Shown: positions 9,959-22,777 of the stretch, piece by piece | Position numbering within the stretch: the first letter of the stretch is position 1 | Layout: every line of letters begins with the position of its first letter | NCBI GenBank assembly: GCA_963771715.1 | Contig: CAVYUQ010000018.1 | Coordinates: forward strand, 60,438-124,437 | Reading direction: 5' to 3' | Source of the DNA: an uncultured Thermoleophilaceae bacterium | GTDB taxonomy: Bacteria > Actinomycetota > Thermoleophilia > Solirubrobacterales > Thermoleophilaceae | Length of the DNA: 64,000 nt | Made by a program: the position numbers and the translations under genes | The notes under the pieces: model-generated | Database searches by the model: none | Told to the model about the DNA's origin: nothing | The model's input: only the letters and a program-made list of their open reading frames with translations

Positions 9959-10848
9959 CCCAGGTAGCCGGCGCGGCGCAGGAAGCGCTTCAGGGCGCGC
10001 AGGTACGCGGCCCCAAGGGGCGATACGTCGAAGGCCGAGCGCCGGTTGAGCTCGCCGCGCCGGATCGCCAGCCGCACGAGCCGGAAGCCGGCGCCGCAGC
10101 GGTCGAGGAGGCATAGGTCGGCGGCGTAGGGCGTGAGCGCGCCCTTCACGAAGACGGGCGCGTCCCTGCGGTGGCGCACGCGCTCGTACTGGCGCTTCAT
10201 CCGGGCCGCGTGCTCGCGGATCTGGTCGGGGAACGAGCGCGTGACGACCTCGAACCCCGTGAGCGTGTAGTGCCAGATGCGGATCGGCCGCCAGCCGCAC
10301 GCCCCGCAGGTGAAGAGGCCGCGGAAGCGGAAGTCGTCCCCGACCAGCTCCACCACGTCGTCACTCGGCGGGTAGTCGGAGTGAGTGAACCCACCGCCGG
10401 TGTCGAGCCTGGCGCGCCGGTACGTGTTCGTGACCGGGTCGAATCCGAACGCGTGGACGAGGACGCAGCAGTTTGCGCCCCCGGTGAACAGGTCGACGAT
10501 CACCTCGAACTCGCTGTCCCCGTCGAGCTCGGCCATGCCGATGTGCGCACGGGTCAACTCCGACTCCGTGGGGGTGCAGAACCGCTCGCACGGCTTGCTG
10601 ATCGGCTGGTCATAGAGCACCTGGCCGTTCCGCTGGATGCGCACGCGAAAGTCGCGGTACTCGAAAAAGCTGCGCCTACCGCTCCCCACGCGGTGCTTGA
10701 CATACGACAGTTCGGCGGTGACCGGGCCGAGCGACGCGGTCTCGACGGTCCGCTCCTGCGCAGGCGCGGCGGCCGGGACGAGCAGCGCGACCGCGACGGC
10801 GGCGCTAGCTGGCCAGCCGAACGTCCTCAGGCGTCGTGGCCCGGACAC
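9955..10848 (-). CDS. secreted Cys-rich protein of unknown function
   Basis: Intact 297-aa ORF with a signal-like N-terminus (WPASAAVAVALLVPAAAPAQE). It has Cys pairs/clusters (CERFC, GGANCC, FTCGACGW, CLLDRC). I recognise no family. Confidence 0.55.
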   Translation of the reverse strand: MSGPRRLRTFGWPASAAVAVALLVPAAAPAQERTVETASLGPVTAELSYVKHRVGSGRRSFFEYRDFRVRIQRNGQVLYDQPISKPCERFCTPTESELTRAHIGMAELDGDSEFEVIVDLFTGGANCCVLVHAFGFDPVTNTYRRARLDTGGGFTHSDYPPSDDVVELVGDDFRFRGLFTCGACGWRPIRIWHYTLTGFEVVTRSFPDQIREHAARMKRQYERVRHRRDAPVFVKGALTPYAADLCLLDRCGAGFRLVRLAIRRGELNRRSAFDVSPLGAAYLRALKRFLRRAGYLG

Positions 10849-11560
10849 GGTGATCCCCGTCGAGGAAGGGCATCGGCTCGCACATTTCGAGAATACGGGA
10901 ACAGGTGCGCTCGCCGATGTGCTCGCCGAGCGCCTCCGGGTTCCCCACGTCCGCGGTCACGAGCAGCGGGCGCCGGTCCTCGTAGCGCCTGTTGACCACG
11001 GCGTAGAGCTGCTCCAGGCGCCACTCGTTCTGCTTCGCCACGGCCAGGTCCTCCAGCACCAGGAAGTCGACGCTGCCGAGCAGGTCCAGCAGGCCGAGGT
11101 AGGTGTCCTGCGAGCGGTCCTCGTAGGTCGCGCCTATGCGCGCGAGCAGGTCCGGGCCCGAGAAGATCGCCAGCGACCGCCGCTCGCGGAGCACCTCCTT
11201 CGCCACGCACATCGCGAGGCTGGTCTTTCCGCTGCCGATCTCGCCGAAGAAGTAGAGCCCGCGGCCGCTCGCGAGGTTGTCGTCCAGCTTGCGGCAGTAC
11301 TTCCTGACCTCGCGGACGATCCGCTGGTCGAGGTTCGTGATCGGCCAGCGCTCGAAGTCGACCTCGAGGTAGCGCCGCGGGATGGCGGTGGCCAGCCGGG
11401 CCGCCCGTGCCGCGGCCACCCGCTCGACGCGGCATCCGCACTCGCGCGCCCCGTTTCCCTCCGCGACCTCGATCCAGCCGCTGCCGTCGCACTTGCCGTA
11501 GCGGCACGGCTCGGTGCGCATGCCCCTCTGGCGAAGATGTGGCGCGCCCCGTGGAACCAT
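10805..11560 (-). CDS. DnaC/DnaI/IstB-like AAA+ ATPase with an N-terminal Cys cluster
   Basis: Walker A FFGEIGSGKTSLAMCVAKE and Walker B FLVLEDLAV, then NEWRLEQLYAVVNRRYEDRRPLLVTADV. The N-terminus is CRYGKCDGSGWIEV...ARECGC. Intact 251 aa. Confidence 0.75.
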   Translation of the reverse strand: MVPRGAPHLRQRGMRTEPCRYGKCDGSGWIEVAEGNGARECGCRVERVAAARAARLATAIPRRYLEVDFERWPITNLDQRIVREVRKYCRKLDDNLASGRGLYFFGEIGSGKTSLAMCVAKEVLRERRSLAIFSGPDLLARIGATYEDRSQDTYLGLLDLLGSVDFLVLEDLAVAKQNEWRLEQLYAVVNRRYEDRRPLLVTADVGNPEALGEHIGERTCSRILEMCEPMPFLDGDHRVRATTPEDVRLAS

Positions 11561-11647
11561 CCCATCAATAAAGCACGCCCTCCGGCTGGCCCGGGCGCGC
11601 GCCCGGCGTTCTTCCCCCTCCTTGCGGCTTTCGTCTAAAACGTCGTT

Positions 11648-12193
11648 GTGCCCCTCGACGAGTTCCTACCCGACTACCACGTGAACGAGGTGCACTCGAC
11701 GCGTGTGGCCGCCCCGCCGGACGTGGTGCTCGCCGCCGCCAGGGCGCTCACGTCGCACGAGGTGCCGCTCGCGAGGGCCCTGATGGGCGTGCGAACGCTG
11801 CCCGGACGGCTACGCGGGCGCCGCCCCGCGCTCGACCTGCCGATCCTCGAGCAGTTCGTCCGCGGCGGCTTCGTCGTGCTGGCCGAGCGGCCCGACGAGC
11901 TGGTGCTGGGCGGCGTGGGCCGCTTCTGGCAGCCGAGCGCGACGGTGCGCCGGATCGACGCCGACGAGTTCGCGGGCTTCGAGGAGCCGGGCTGGGCGAA
12001 GACGGCCTTCAACTTCGAGGCACTCCCTGATCCCGGCGGCGGCACGCTGCTCACCACCGAGACGCGCATCCACGGAACCGACGAGGTGGCGCGCCGCAGC
12101 TTCAGGCGCTACTGGCTCGTCATCGGGCCGGGCAGCGCCGCGATCCGGCGCGCGTGGCTGAGGGCCATCCGGCTCCGCGCGGAGCGCGGCTAG
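11648..12193 (+). CDS. SRPBCC-like (START/polyketide-cyclase fold) hypothetical protein
   Basis: Intact 181-aa ORF with a GTG start. The general pattern ([21 protein letters not shown] ... GRFWQP ... [10 protein letters not shown]) resembles SRPBCC/DUF2867-type proteins. The assignment is tentative. Confidence 0.45.
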   Translation: MPLDEFLPDYHVNEVHSTRVAAPPDVVLAAARALTSHEVPLARALMGVRTLPGRLRGRRPALDLPILEQFVRGGFVVLAERPDELVLGGVGRFWQPSATVRRIDADEFAGFEEPGWAKTAFNFEALPDPGGGTLLTTETRIHGTDEVARRSFRRYWLVIGPGSAAIRRAWLRAIRLRAERG

Positions 12194-14448
12194 CCGGCGA
12201 GCTCGTCGAGCGTCCTGGCGCCCAGGAGCTCGGACACCACGTCCGGCGTGAGCGGACGGGCGAAGTGGAAGCCCTGCGCGTGACTGCAGTCGAGATCCGT
12301 GAGCATCGCGGCCTGGTCGGCCGTCTCGACTCCCTCGGCGATCGCGTCGAGCCCCAGCGAGCGAGCAAGGCCGATCACCGACTCGACGATCGCCCGGTCG
12401 TCCGCGTTGGCGCCGACGCCGGCGACGAACGAGCGGTCGATCTTGAGCGCGTCGACCGGGAGCAGCTCGCGCAGGTTCGCCAGCGACGAGTAGCCGATCC
12501 CGAAGTCGTCGACCGCGAGCTTCACGCCCAGGCTCTTCAGCCGGTGCAGTTTCGCGACCGCGGCCTCGGGGTCCCCGATCACGGCACTCTCGGTGATCTC
12601 GAGCCACAGCCTCGACGGCTCCAGGCTCGCGTCCTCGAGCGCGGTCGTCACCGCGTCCACGAGCCGGTCGGAGGCAAGCTGGCGCGGCGAGACGTTCACG
12701 GCCATCCACAGGTCGGGCAGCCCCCATTCGTCGAGCTGCCGGCACGCCTCGGACAGCACCCATGCGCCGATCGGGACGATCAGCCCCGTCTGCTCGGCGA
12801 GCGGGATGAACCGGTCGGGCGGGAGCAGGCCGAGCTCGGGGTGCTCCCAGCGGAGCAATGCCTCGACGCCGACGACTCGCCCGTCCTGCAGCTCCACGGC
12901 CGGCTGGTAGTGCAGGCGCAGCTCGCCGTTGTCCAGGGCGGCACGCAGTCCCCCCTCGAGCTCGAGCCGCTCGACCGCACGCGTGCGCATCGACTGGTCG
13001 AACAGCTCGCAGCGCGCCTTGCCGAGCTCCTTGGCGCGGTACATCGCCGCGTCGGCGTCCCGGAGGAGCTCCTCCGCGTCTTCACCCTGACCGCTCAGCG
13101 CCACGCCCACGCTCGCGGTCACGAACCGCTGGTGGCCGTCGATCACGAACGGCGCGCGCAGCGCCGATCCGAGCCGGTCGGCCACGCGCATGGCGTGATT
13201 GGCATCCGTCACGCCCTCGAGCAGCGCGGTGAACTCGTCGCCACCGAAGCGAGCGAGAAGGTCTGTCGGCCGGAGCACTCGGCGCATCCGCTCCGCCACC
13301 GCCACGAGCAGGCGGTCGCCCGATCCGTGCCCGAGCGAGTCGTTGATCACCTTGAAGTCGTCGATGTCCACGAATGCCACGGCGAGCATCCGCTCGGTCT
13401 CGAGCACCTGGGTCACGCGCCGCGTGAACTCCTTGCGATTCGGCAGCGCCGTCAGCGGATCGTGGTGGGCCTGGTGGCGCAGCTCGGACTCGGCGCGCTT
13501 GCGCCGCGTCACGTCGAGGAACTGGCAGACGAAGACGTCCTCGTTCTCGTGCACCCGGCTGTGCTGGAACAGGCACCAGCCGCGACTGCCGTCGGTCCGG
13601 AGGAAGCGGCGCTCCTGCTCCGTGTCCGTGACCTCGCCGGGTCGCCAGCGCCGTCCGTCGCCGTCGAGGTCGTCGAGCGCGAGCGCGAGCAGCTGGTCGG
13701 GAGTGTGGCCGGTGAGGTCAGCGAGCCGGTGATTCACCTGCATGAAGCGACCGTCCCGGTCCACGATCGCCATCCCGATCGGCGCCTCGTCGAACGCGCT
13801 CCGGAAGCGCTCCTCGCTGCGGAGCATGTTCTGGCGCACCTCCTCGTTGAGCCGCCAGCCGACGATGTTCGCCGCGCCGAGCGCGGTGATGAAGATCGCG
13901 TGCACGCCGGCCCACTTCCACGGCTGCTCGATCGCCGCCGCATGGTCGTAGACGGAGCCCGGGATGAGGCCACCGGCGATGCCGTGGTGCAGGACGACGT
14001 ACCCGACCCCCATCAGGTAGGGGAACCACTCCTCGTAGGTCGCGAGGATCGTGACCATCACGAAGAAGTGGAAGTGCGCCTCGATCCGGCCCTCCATCAG
14101 ATGGACGAGCACGGCCGAGGCCGTGAGGAGCCCGATCGCGACAGCCCCGGTGCGCGCGCGCCGCGGCAACGTGCCGGCGCCCGCCGCAAGCGCGCAGGCT
14201 GCTGACGGCACGCCCTCGACGAGGGAGTGCGGGATGGACTGCCCGGCGAGCAGCCCGTAGACGGTGAGCATCACGGCCTGTGACCAGACCAGGAGGGTCA
14301 TCCAGCGGTGACGGCGCTCCCATACCTCCGCCGGGAGGGTGCGGCCACGCGGGAGCGCGGCGACGAAGCGCTTCAGCGCGGAGGGCGCATCGACCGGCGC
14401 TCTGAGGGACGTCCGCGAAATGCACAGACCGTTAATCGGCAAAAGCAT
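12190..14448 (-). CDS. membrane-anchored PAS-GGDEF-EAL cyclic-di-GMP signalling protein
   Basis: The start is taken at Met84 of ORF 12190..14697 (MLLPING...), because the upstream part overlaps the aminotransferase gene. Hydrophobic N-terminal segments are followed by a PAS-like [25 protein letters not shown] ([11 protein letters not shown]) and EAL ([20 protein letters not shown]). Confidence 0.9.
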   Translation of the reverse strand: MLLPINGLCISRTSLRAPVDAPSALKRFVAALPRGRTLPAEVWERRHRWMTLLVWSQAVMLTVYGLLAGQSIPHSLVEGVPSAACALAAGAGTLPRRARTGAVAIGLLTASAVLVHLMEGRIEAHFHFFVMVTILATYEEWFPYLMGVGYVVLHHGIAGGLIPGSVYDHAAAIEQPWKWAGVHAIFITALGAANIVGWRLNEEVRQNMLRSEERFRSAFDEAPIGMAIVDRDGRFMQVNHRLADLTGHTPDQLLALALDDLDGDGRRWRPGEVTDTEQERRFLRTDGSRGWCLFQHSRVHENEDVFVCQFLDVTRRKRAESELRHQAHHDPLTALPNRKEFTRRVTQVLETERMLAVAFVDIDDFKVINDSLGHGSGDRLLVAVAERMRRVLRPTDLLARFGGDEFTALLEGVTDANHAMRVADRLGSALRAPFVIDGHQRFVTASVGVALSGQGEDAEELLRDADAAMYRAKELGKARCELFDQSMRTRAVERLELEGGLRAALDNGELRLHYQPAVELQDGRVVGVEALLRWEHPELGLLPPDRFIPLAEQTGLIVPIGAWVLSEACRQLDEWGLPDLWMAVNVSPRQLASDRLVDAVTTALEDASLEPSRLWLEITESAVIGDPEAAVAKLHRLKSLGVKLAVDDFGIGYSSLANLRELLPVDALKIDRSFVAGVGANADDRAIVESVIGLARSLGLDAIAEGVETADQAAMLTDLDCSHAQGFHFARPLTPDVVSELLGARTLDELAG

Positions 14449-15613
14449 GCAGCGCCTCCAATAAACGGTCCACCTCGGCCTCGGTCGTGTAGTGGAGGAA
14501 GCCGGCCCGGACGGCGCCGCCGTCCTCGAGCCCGAGCGCCCGCATCGGCTCGAGCGCGTAGTAGTTGCCGTCCCAGACGTAGAGGTCCTGCTCCGCGAGC
14601 AGCTCGGCCACCTCGCGGGGCGGGCGGCCGTCGACGTTGAAGCAGAACGTCGGCGTGCGGCCCTCCGGGGTCCGGATCCCGTAGAGCTCGACCCCATCCG
14701 GAAGCCCGCTCAGGAAGCGCGCCGTCAGGCGCGTCTCGTGCTCCTCGATCCAGGTGAACGCCTGGTCGAGGTCGCCGCCGCCGAGCTCGCGCAGGTAGTC
14801 GATGGCGGCCGTGGCGCCGGCGATCGCCTCGTGCGACTGCGTGCCCGCCTCGAAGCGATGGCCGGGCGGCTCCTCCGCTGCCGGTCGCACGCGGTCGGCC
14901 GGCAGCGAGGCCGCGAGGTCCGGCCGGATCGCCGCGATGCCGAGGTGCGGCCCGAAGAACTTGTACGGCGAGCAGAGCACCACGTCGAGCCCGGTCTCGC
15001 GCGCGCGGAGACGCCGGTGGGGAGCCATGTGCACGCCGTCGGCCCACGCGAGAGCGCCCACGCGGTGCGCGGCGGCGGCGATCCGCTTCGCGTCCGGGAT
15101 CGACCCGACCGCGTTCGAAGCGAGCGTGAAGGCCACGACGCGGGTGCGCGCGCCGACGAGCTCCTCGAGCGCGTCGAGGTCGAGCGTCACGTCGTCCGGG
15201 CGCAGCGGCGCGGTCCGGACCACGAGCTCGTGGTCCTCCGCCACGAGCAGCCAGGGCGAGACGTTCGCGTCGTGGTCGAGCGCGGTCACGACGATCTCGT
15301 CGCCCGGCTCGAGCGTCCGCGCGACCGCGTGCGCGAGCTGGAAGTTCAGCGTCGTCATGTTCGCGCCGAACGCGATGCCCTCCGGCTCGGCGCCGATGAA
15401 GTCCGCGGCCGCCGCGCGTCCTCGCTCCATCACCTCGTCGGACTCGCGCGAGCTGCGGAAGGCGCCGCCGAGGTTCGAGTTCGAGCCGATCAGGTAGCCG
15501 CTCATGGCGTCGACGACCGCCTGTGGGACCTGCGAGCCGCCCGGGCCGTCGAAGTAGGCCGTCTCGCCGGCGAGCGCGGGAAAACGGGAGCGGATCACGT
15601 CTACGTCGAGCAC
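14432..15613 (-). CDS. class-V aminotransferase / cysteine desulfurase-like PLP enzyme
   Basis: Intact 393 aa with a GTG start: [32 protein letters not shown]...[11 protein letters not shown]...[15 protein letters not shown]...[12 protein letters not shown]. Confidence 0.8.
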   Translation of the reverse strand: MLDVDVIRSRFPALAGETAYFDGPGGSQVPQAVVDAMSGYLIGSNSNLGGAFRSSRESDEVMERGRAAAADFIGAEPEGIAFGANMTTLNFQLAHAVARTLEPGDEIVVTALDHDANVSPWLLVAEDHELVVRTAPLRPDDVTLDLDALEELVGARTRVVAFTLASNAVGSIPDAKRIAAAAHRVGALAWADGVHMAPHRRLRARETGLDVVLCSPYKFFGPHLGIAAIRPDLAASLPADRVRPAAEEPPGHRFEAGTQSHEAIAGATAAIDYLRELGGGDLDQAFTWIEEHETRLTARFLSGLPDGVELYGIRTPEGRTPTFCFNVDGRPPREVAELLAEQDLYVWDGNYYALEPMRALGLEDGGAVRAGFLHYTTEAEVDRLLEALHAFAD

Positions 15614-15727
15614 CCGCGCGACCCTATCGCTCCAGGCTCACGCCTCCCGGCCATGAGTTCATTGACCTGGTTGATGATCACGGAGAGAGCCGTCCGTACG
15701 TAGCGGCGAGCCCATCCCTGGCGCGCG

Positions 15728-17026
15728 CTACGGCGTCGAGGTGGTCGCCGGACGAGGCTGAGGCGCTGCCGCCTCGGCCAACCACCCGGATCGCGTATTG
15801 ACCAGTTCCACAATGGCGTCCAGCACCGATGGTGCCCAGCCTTCGGCGGAGAAGCGCGCTCGCACGGCCCGCGCCGCAGGGCCAGCCTCCTGCGCAAGGT
15901 TCACAAGCCGTCGCCGAGACGGTGGAATTCCGAGCCCTGCCGCTTCGAGCATCGCGTCGATATGCCGTGCTCGGACCCAGTCAGGGCGGTATTCAGAGCC
16001 AATCTTCATCGCCATTTTCCGGGACATCGGTTGCGCGCCACGGTAGACGATCGTGCTGAGGATGTCGTAGGCCGGGGCCAGGGACGCGCGCGGCTCCTCG
16101 GGTGTGTAAAGGAGCGAGTAATTCTTGGCGTGCGCGTCGTGATTCCCCACCACGAAGCTCAGGCCAACGTAGTCGAGCAGCGAGAGAGCCTCCCGCGCCG
16201 GCACCGTGGTCGCATCCCGGATCAGATCGAAGCAGTCCACGAGACTCGGTCCGCCGTCCGCCTGGTACTTCCGCGACGTCGGCACGCCGAGTGCCTGGGC
16301 GAAATCTTCCTGGTGGAGGCGCTCGGCGATCGGCTCGCTCCCGCGGCGGTCGTAGCGCGTCACCAGTAGAAACTCCTGTTCAGCCACCCTTCGCGGTCCG
16401 GCATCAACCGTCGCGATGCCGAGCTCGCGCCCGAGGGCGAGACAGAAGGCCTCATTCGCCACGGTCCCCTCAAGGCGGTCGATCGGCGTTTTGATGATGT
16501 GAGTAGACGGGGTGTGGCCCTTAGTCAGGCCGATACGCCCGTCGTCGCCTAGAACAACCGGAAGCTTGTCCTGAGCGCCTGCCAGCGAGAGTCGGAATTC
16601 GCCGTCAGGGTCGGCATGCATCGGACGGGTTGGAAGGTCCCTGACGAGCTCCGCCAAGCCGGCGTCGTCGAGCCAATCGACCTCCGCCGCCCGTCTCTCT
16701 CGGGACAGGTCCGTGCCGGGTCGAACGAGGGTGATCGCGCCCGCGGTGTCGCCGCCGAGGTGGTCCAGAAGGGAAAAGTCGTTCTGCGCGGACACGCCCA
16801 GTTGGCGCGCCAGAAGCTGCCGCGGACGCCCTTCGGGCAGGAGGCCCCCGAACACCGCGGCAACCGCGTCCGCCTCGGTTGGACGCGACGTGGGAAGCGA
16901 GTGCGAGAGGGGCGGTCGCCCGGCCGCCGCCCAGCCGGCGTCGTATTCGAACTCGAGCCCATTGGGCCCATCGATGAGGGTCCCCGCGCGTTCATCGAAG
17001 CACCAGACCTCAAGCAGGCGGGGCAT
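15728..17026 (-). CDS. hipA: HipA-family kinase toxin (type II TA)
   Basis: Intact 432 aa: LSLAGAQDKLPVVL, THIIKTP, and the catalytic loop GNHDAHAKNYSLL. It overlaps the upstream HTH gene by 17 nt. Confidence 0.85.
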   Translation of the reverse strand: MPRLLEVWCFDERAGTLIDGPNGLEFEYDAGWAAAGRPPLSHSLPTSRPTEADAVAAVFGGLLPEGRPRQLLARQLGVSAQNDFSLLDHLGGDTAGAITLVRPGTDLSRERRAAEVDWLDDAGLAELVRDLPTRPMHADPDGEFRLSLAGAQDKLPVVLGDDGRIGLTKGHTPSTHIIKTPIDRLEGTVANEAFCLALGRELGIATVDAGPRRVAEQEFLLVTRYDRRGSEPIAERLHQEDFAQALGVPTSRKYQADGGPSLVDCFDLIRDATTVPAREALSLLDYVGLSFVVGNHDAHAKNYSLLYTPEEPRASLAPAYDILSTIVYRGAQPMSRKMAMKIGSEYRPDWVRARHIDAMLEAAGLGIPPSRRRLVNLAQEAGPAARAVRARFSAEGWAPSVLDAIVELVNTRSGWLAEAAAPQPRPATTSTP

Positions 17027-17243
17027 CGAGTGAGTCCTCGACGAGAATGTGAAGGCCGAGGGCGGCTGTTACGCGCAGCGTCTCGCCCACCCGCGCGGTC
17101 GGCTTGCCGCGCTCCAACTCGCTCAGGAACCGAATACCGACGCCTGCGGCGAGAGCGACGTCCTCGAGCCGTAGCGCCCTGTGCTGTCGCGCTCGACGAA
17201 TAGCGGTGCCGAAGTCGCTCGGGGTATTAATTTGGGTGGTCAT
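17010..17243 (-). CDS. hipB: HipB-like XRE-family HTH antitoxin
   Basis: 77 aa: FGTAIRRARQHRALRLEDVALAAGVGIRFLSELERGKPT. It lies directly upstream of hipA and overlaps it. Confidence 0.8.
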   Translation of the reverse strand: MTTQINTPSDFGTAIRRARQHRALRLEDVALAAGVGIRFLSELERGKPTARVGETLRVTAALGLHILVEDSLDAPPA

Positions 17244-17358
17244 TTTACCGATCGGGACATTTTACTCGATTATGGGCCTAAATCGGTGTGAGTTTTCCCG
17301 AGCGGGACAATTTCCCTTAATCAGAGGCAAACGGTGTGGCGTTGTCCCGCTCGGGAAA
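17244..17358. promoter_or_regulatory. three copies of a TYCCGNNCGGGACA-type operator-like site upstream of hipB
   Basis: TTTTACCGATCGGGACATTTT (17244-17264, abutting the hipB ATG), TTTCCCGAGCGGGACAA (17294-17310) and its perfect reverse complement TTGTCCCGCTCGGGAAA (17342-17358). Each site is internally dyad-symmetric. Confidence 0.45.
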
Positions 17359-17487
17359 GTTACGACGTGCGGGACCAAAGGCCTGCACCGACGCTCGAGG
17401 GACCGTCCGGCTCGCTGATCGCGGTTCCCGGGCCCGCGAGCAGCCTCTACCCGCAAGTGCCGCAAGCAGCACGCCGCACCCATTGAG

Positions 17488-20196
<2,709 letters not shown>

Positions 20197-20200
<4 letters not shown>

Positions 20201-21719
20201 TCCCTAGACGTTACCCACCGGGGGTCGGAGGGAGTCTCACGGCGCGGACGGCAGGCGAAGACGCTGACCGTGGTCGTGACCGAGTCGAAGCCGTTTCCCC
20301 GGCGCGCGCGCGTCGTGGCGGACAGGCACATGGCCGTTCGCGGGAACGCCCGTACCCGCACCGTCGCGGTTCCCCTGCGGCCCGGCTCGATCGGCCCGAA
20401 GGGGACGGCTGCGCGAGATTCGGCGCCCGCGCCGCAGATGGACCCACGACGCTTCCCTCGCAGGGCACGGTGCTCTCGACTGGACAGCGCACGCGCAGGA
20501 CCAGTGGCCGTCCCGCCCGCACCCGGCCCACCGGGCGGACCGTCACACGCGGCGCGCAGGTGCGGAAGAGGTCGAAAGCATCCGCCTCGATCGCGGGGGC
20601 GCGAGAGCGGCAGTCGAGGCGGTCGACCTCGCCGTCGGCGAGCAGCGGGCGGTCCAGCGCGCCGGCCTCGACACGATCGCGCCCGGGGCCGGCGTCCAGC
20701 TCGTCGCCGTCGCCCCACCCCATCAGCTCGTCCGCGCCTCCTCCCCCGCGAAGCACGTCCTGGCCTCCGTAGGCGATCAGGCGGTTGGCGTCGTCGTCGC
20801 CGATCAGGAGATCGTCGCCGAACCCGCCGGTGAGGCCCTCGATGTCCTCACGGATGTCGTCGCCCTCTCCCGCGGCGCCGTCGTTGGGGCCGTCGCCGAT
20901 GCTGAGCCGAAGCGGCTCGTGCCCGCCATAGCTCACCTCGTCGGAGCCGGGTCCTCCCGACAGCACGTCCGCGCCCTCGTCGCCGCCCAGGAAGTCGTCG
21001 CCCTCGCCCGCGATCAGCTCGTCGTCGCCCTCGCCCCCGTGCAGCGTGTCGCGCTCGGGGCTCCCCACGAGCCGGTCGCCGCCACCGCGGCCGAACAGGC
21101 CGCTGCCCGTGGGCCCGGCCTCGAGCACGTCGCTGCCGTCGCCGCCGGTGAGGCCGGTCACGGCGCCGAGCACGTTGTCGCCCTCGCCCGCGGCGCCGTC
21201 GTCGGGCAGGCCGTTCAGCCGGGCGGTCACGGCCTCGGTGTGGTCCGCGTACGAGACATTCGCCGTGAGCGCGCCGGTGGCGTCCATCCGGTCCGCGCCC
21301 GGGCCGCCCGTGATGGCGAAGATCGCGTTCGTCACGCGGATGTCGTCGTCCCCCGGGCCGCCTGCGATCGCCCCACCCGTCGTGGAGTGCTCGAGCCGGT
21401 CGTCCCCGTCGCCGAGCAGGACGACGACCCCGTCGTACTCGCCGCGGCAGAAGCGCCCGCCGCTGCGAGCCACCCGGCAGCGGCCGGCGAGCGGCGCGCC
21501 GCTGTCCGAGATGACGATCCCGCGCGGCACGCGCGCCACCGTGATGACGTTGGTCTCCCCCGGCCCGGCGGTCACGACGATGCCCCGCGTGTCGCTCTCG
21601 CCCGAGCTGCCGTCGCAGCCGCAGAAGTGATCCTCGATCTCGATCACGGCGGCGGTTGCGGGCGCGGCGGTGAATGCCAGAGCCAGGAGCGCGAGCGCGA
21701 GCGACCGCATGCTGTGCAA
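20197..21719 (-). pseudogene. secreted RTX-type (GGxGxD) calcium-binding repeat protein, one frameshift near 20450
   Basis: Signal peptide MRSLALALLALAFTAAPATAA. Nonapeptide repeats GGDGSDVLEAG..GGGDRLVG..GGEGDDELIAGEGDDFLGGDEGADVLSGGPGSDEV. Third-position GC, counted by hand over 20211-20280, favours the frame that ends with a TGA at 20197-20199. Confidence 0.65.
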
Positions 21720-21748
21720 ACCCGTGGGGGAGACTGAAGTCTCGGCTT

Positions 21749-22777
21749 ATGCACGACCTCGCCTGCGTGGCCCATATCCACTCGACGCACTCGGACGGGA
21801 CCGGGACGGTGCCCGAGATCGCTCGCGCGGCCGCGCGGGCGCGGGCGGACGTCGTGCTCCTTACCGACCACGACACGCTCGAGGCGCGGCGGCGCGGCGA
21901 GGAGGGCTGGTACGGCGACGTCCTGCTCCTGGCCGGTGAGGAGGTCTCGCCGCTGGGGCGCGACCACTACCTCGCGTTCGGGACCGACGAGCACACCCGG
22001 CACCGCGGCCTCGACGCGTGCGGGATCGCGCGCGCGGTGCGGGACGCGGGCGGCTTCGGCTTCGCCGCCCATCCGTTCTCCCAGGGCTCGGTCCGCTTCA
22101 AGCGCCCGGGCATGCCGTTCGGGGGACTCGACTGCGAGGCCGTGGACGGCATCGAGCTGTGGAGCTTCGCCACCGACACCGGCGAGGGCATAGGCGGCAT
22201 TCCCGCGCTGATCCGCTTCCTCGCGGCACCCGGACGCGTGCTCGACCATCCGCCCGAGCGGGGCGTCCGCGCCTGGGACGAGCTCTGCCGCGAGCGGCGC
22301 GTCGTCGCGATCGGCGGGCTCGACGCGCACCAGTTCGGCAAACGGGTCGGCCCCGTGGTGCCGCTGCGCATCATGGCCTACCACCGCACGTTCAGGTTCA
22401 TCCGCACGCACGTGCTATGCGAGGAGCCGCCGGCGCGGGAGCTGGAGCGCGACCGTGAGCTCGTGTTCGGCGCGCTGCGCGCGGGCCGCTGCTACATCGC
22501 CGTGGACGCGGTCGCGCCGGCGCGCGGATTCAGGTTCGAGGCCGCCGACGTGCCGATGGGCGGCGAGGCGCCCGCGGGCCGGCGGACGCTTCACGTGCGC
22601 ACGCCGCTGGCGGCGCGGCTCCGGCTGCTGCGCGACGGCCGCGAGATCGCGAGCGCCGACGGCACCACCCTCGACGCCGAGGTCGAGGAGCCCGGCGCGT
22701 ACCGGGCGGAGGCGCTTCGCCGGGCGAAGGGCCGCGAGCGCACCTGGATCCTCTCCAACCCGGTCTACCTGCGGTGA
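21749..22777 (+). CDS. PHP-domain metal-dependent phosphoesterase (CehA/McbA-like)
   Basis: The start is taken at MHDLACVAHIHSTHSDGTGT... (ATG 21749). H-x-H...SDG PHP motif; LLTDHDTLE. The frame is intact to the TGA at 22777. Confidence 0.7.
   Translation: MHDLACVAHIHSTHSDGTGTVPEIARAAARARADVVLLTDHDTLEARRRGEEGWYGDVLLLAGEEVSPLGRDHYLAFGTDEHTRHRGLDACGIARAVRDAGGFGFAAHPFSQGSVRFKRPGMPFGGLDCEAVDGIELWSFATDTGEGIGGIPALIRFLAAPGRVLDHPPERGVRAWDELCRERRVVAIGGLDAHQFGKRVGPVVPLRIMAYHRTFRFIRTHVLCEEPPARELERDRELVFGALRAGRCYIAVDAVAPARGFRFEAADVPMGGEAPAGRRTLHVRTPLAARLRLLRDGREIASADGTTLDAEVEEPGAYRAEALRRAKGRERTWILSNPVYLR

Noticed and set aside
10805-11560. The IstB-like ATPase as evidence for an IS21-family insertion sequence.
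   Set aside because: I could see no istA transposase, no terminal inverted repeats and no disrupted target. I annotated it as a stand-alone DnaC/DnaI-like ATPase instead.
17294-17358. The 17-nt inverted repeat as the rho-independent terminator of acnA, which ends at 17488 on the minus strand.
   Set aside because: It lies 130 nt beyond the stop, has a 31-nt loop and has no U-tract on the minus strand. Each arm is itself dyad-symmetric, and a third copy abuts hipB, which fits operator sites better.
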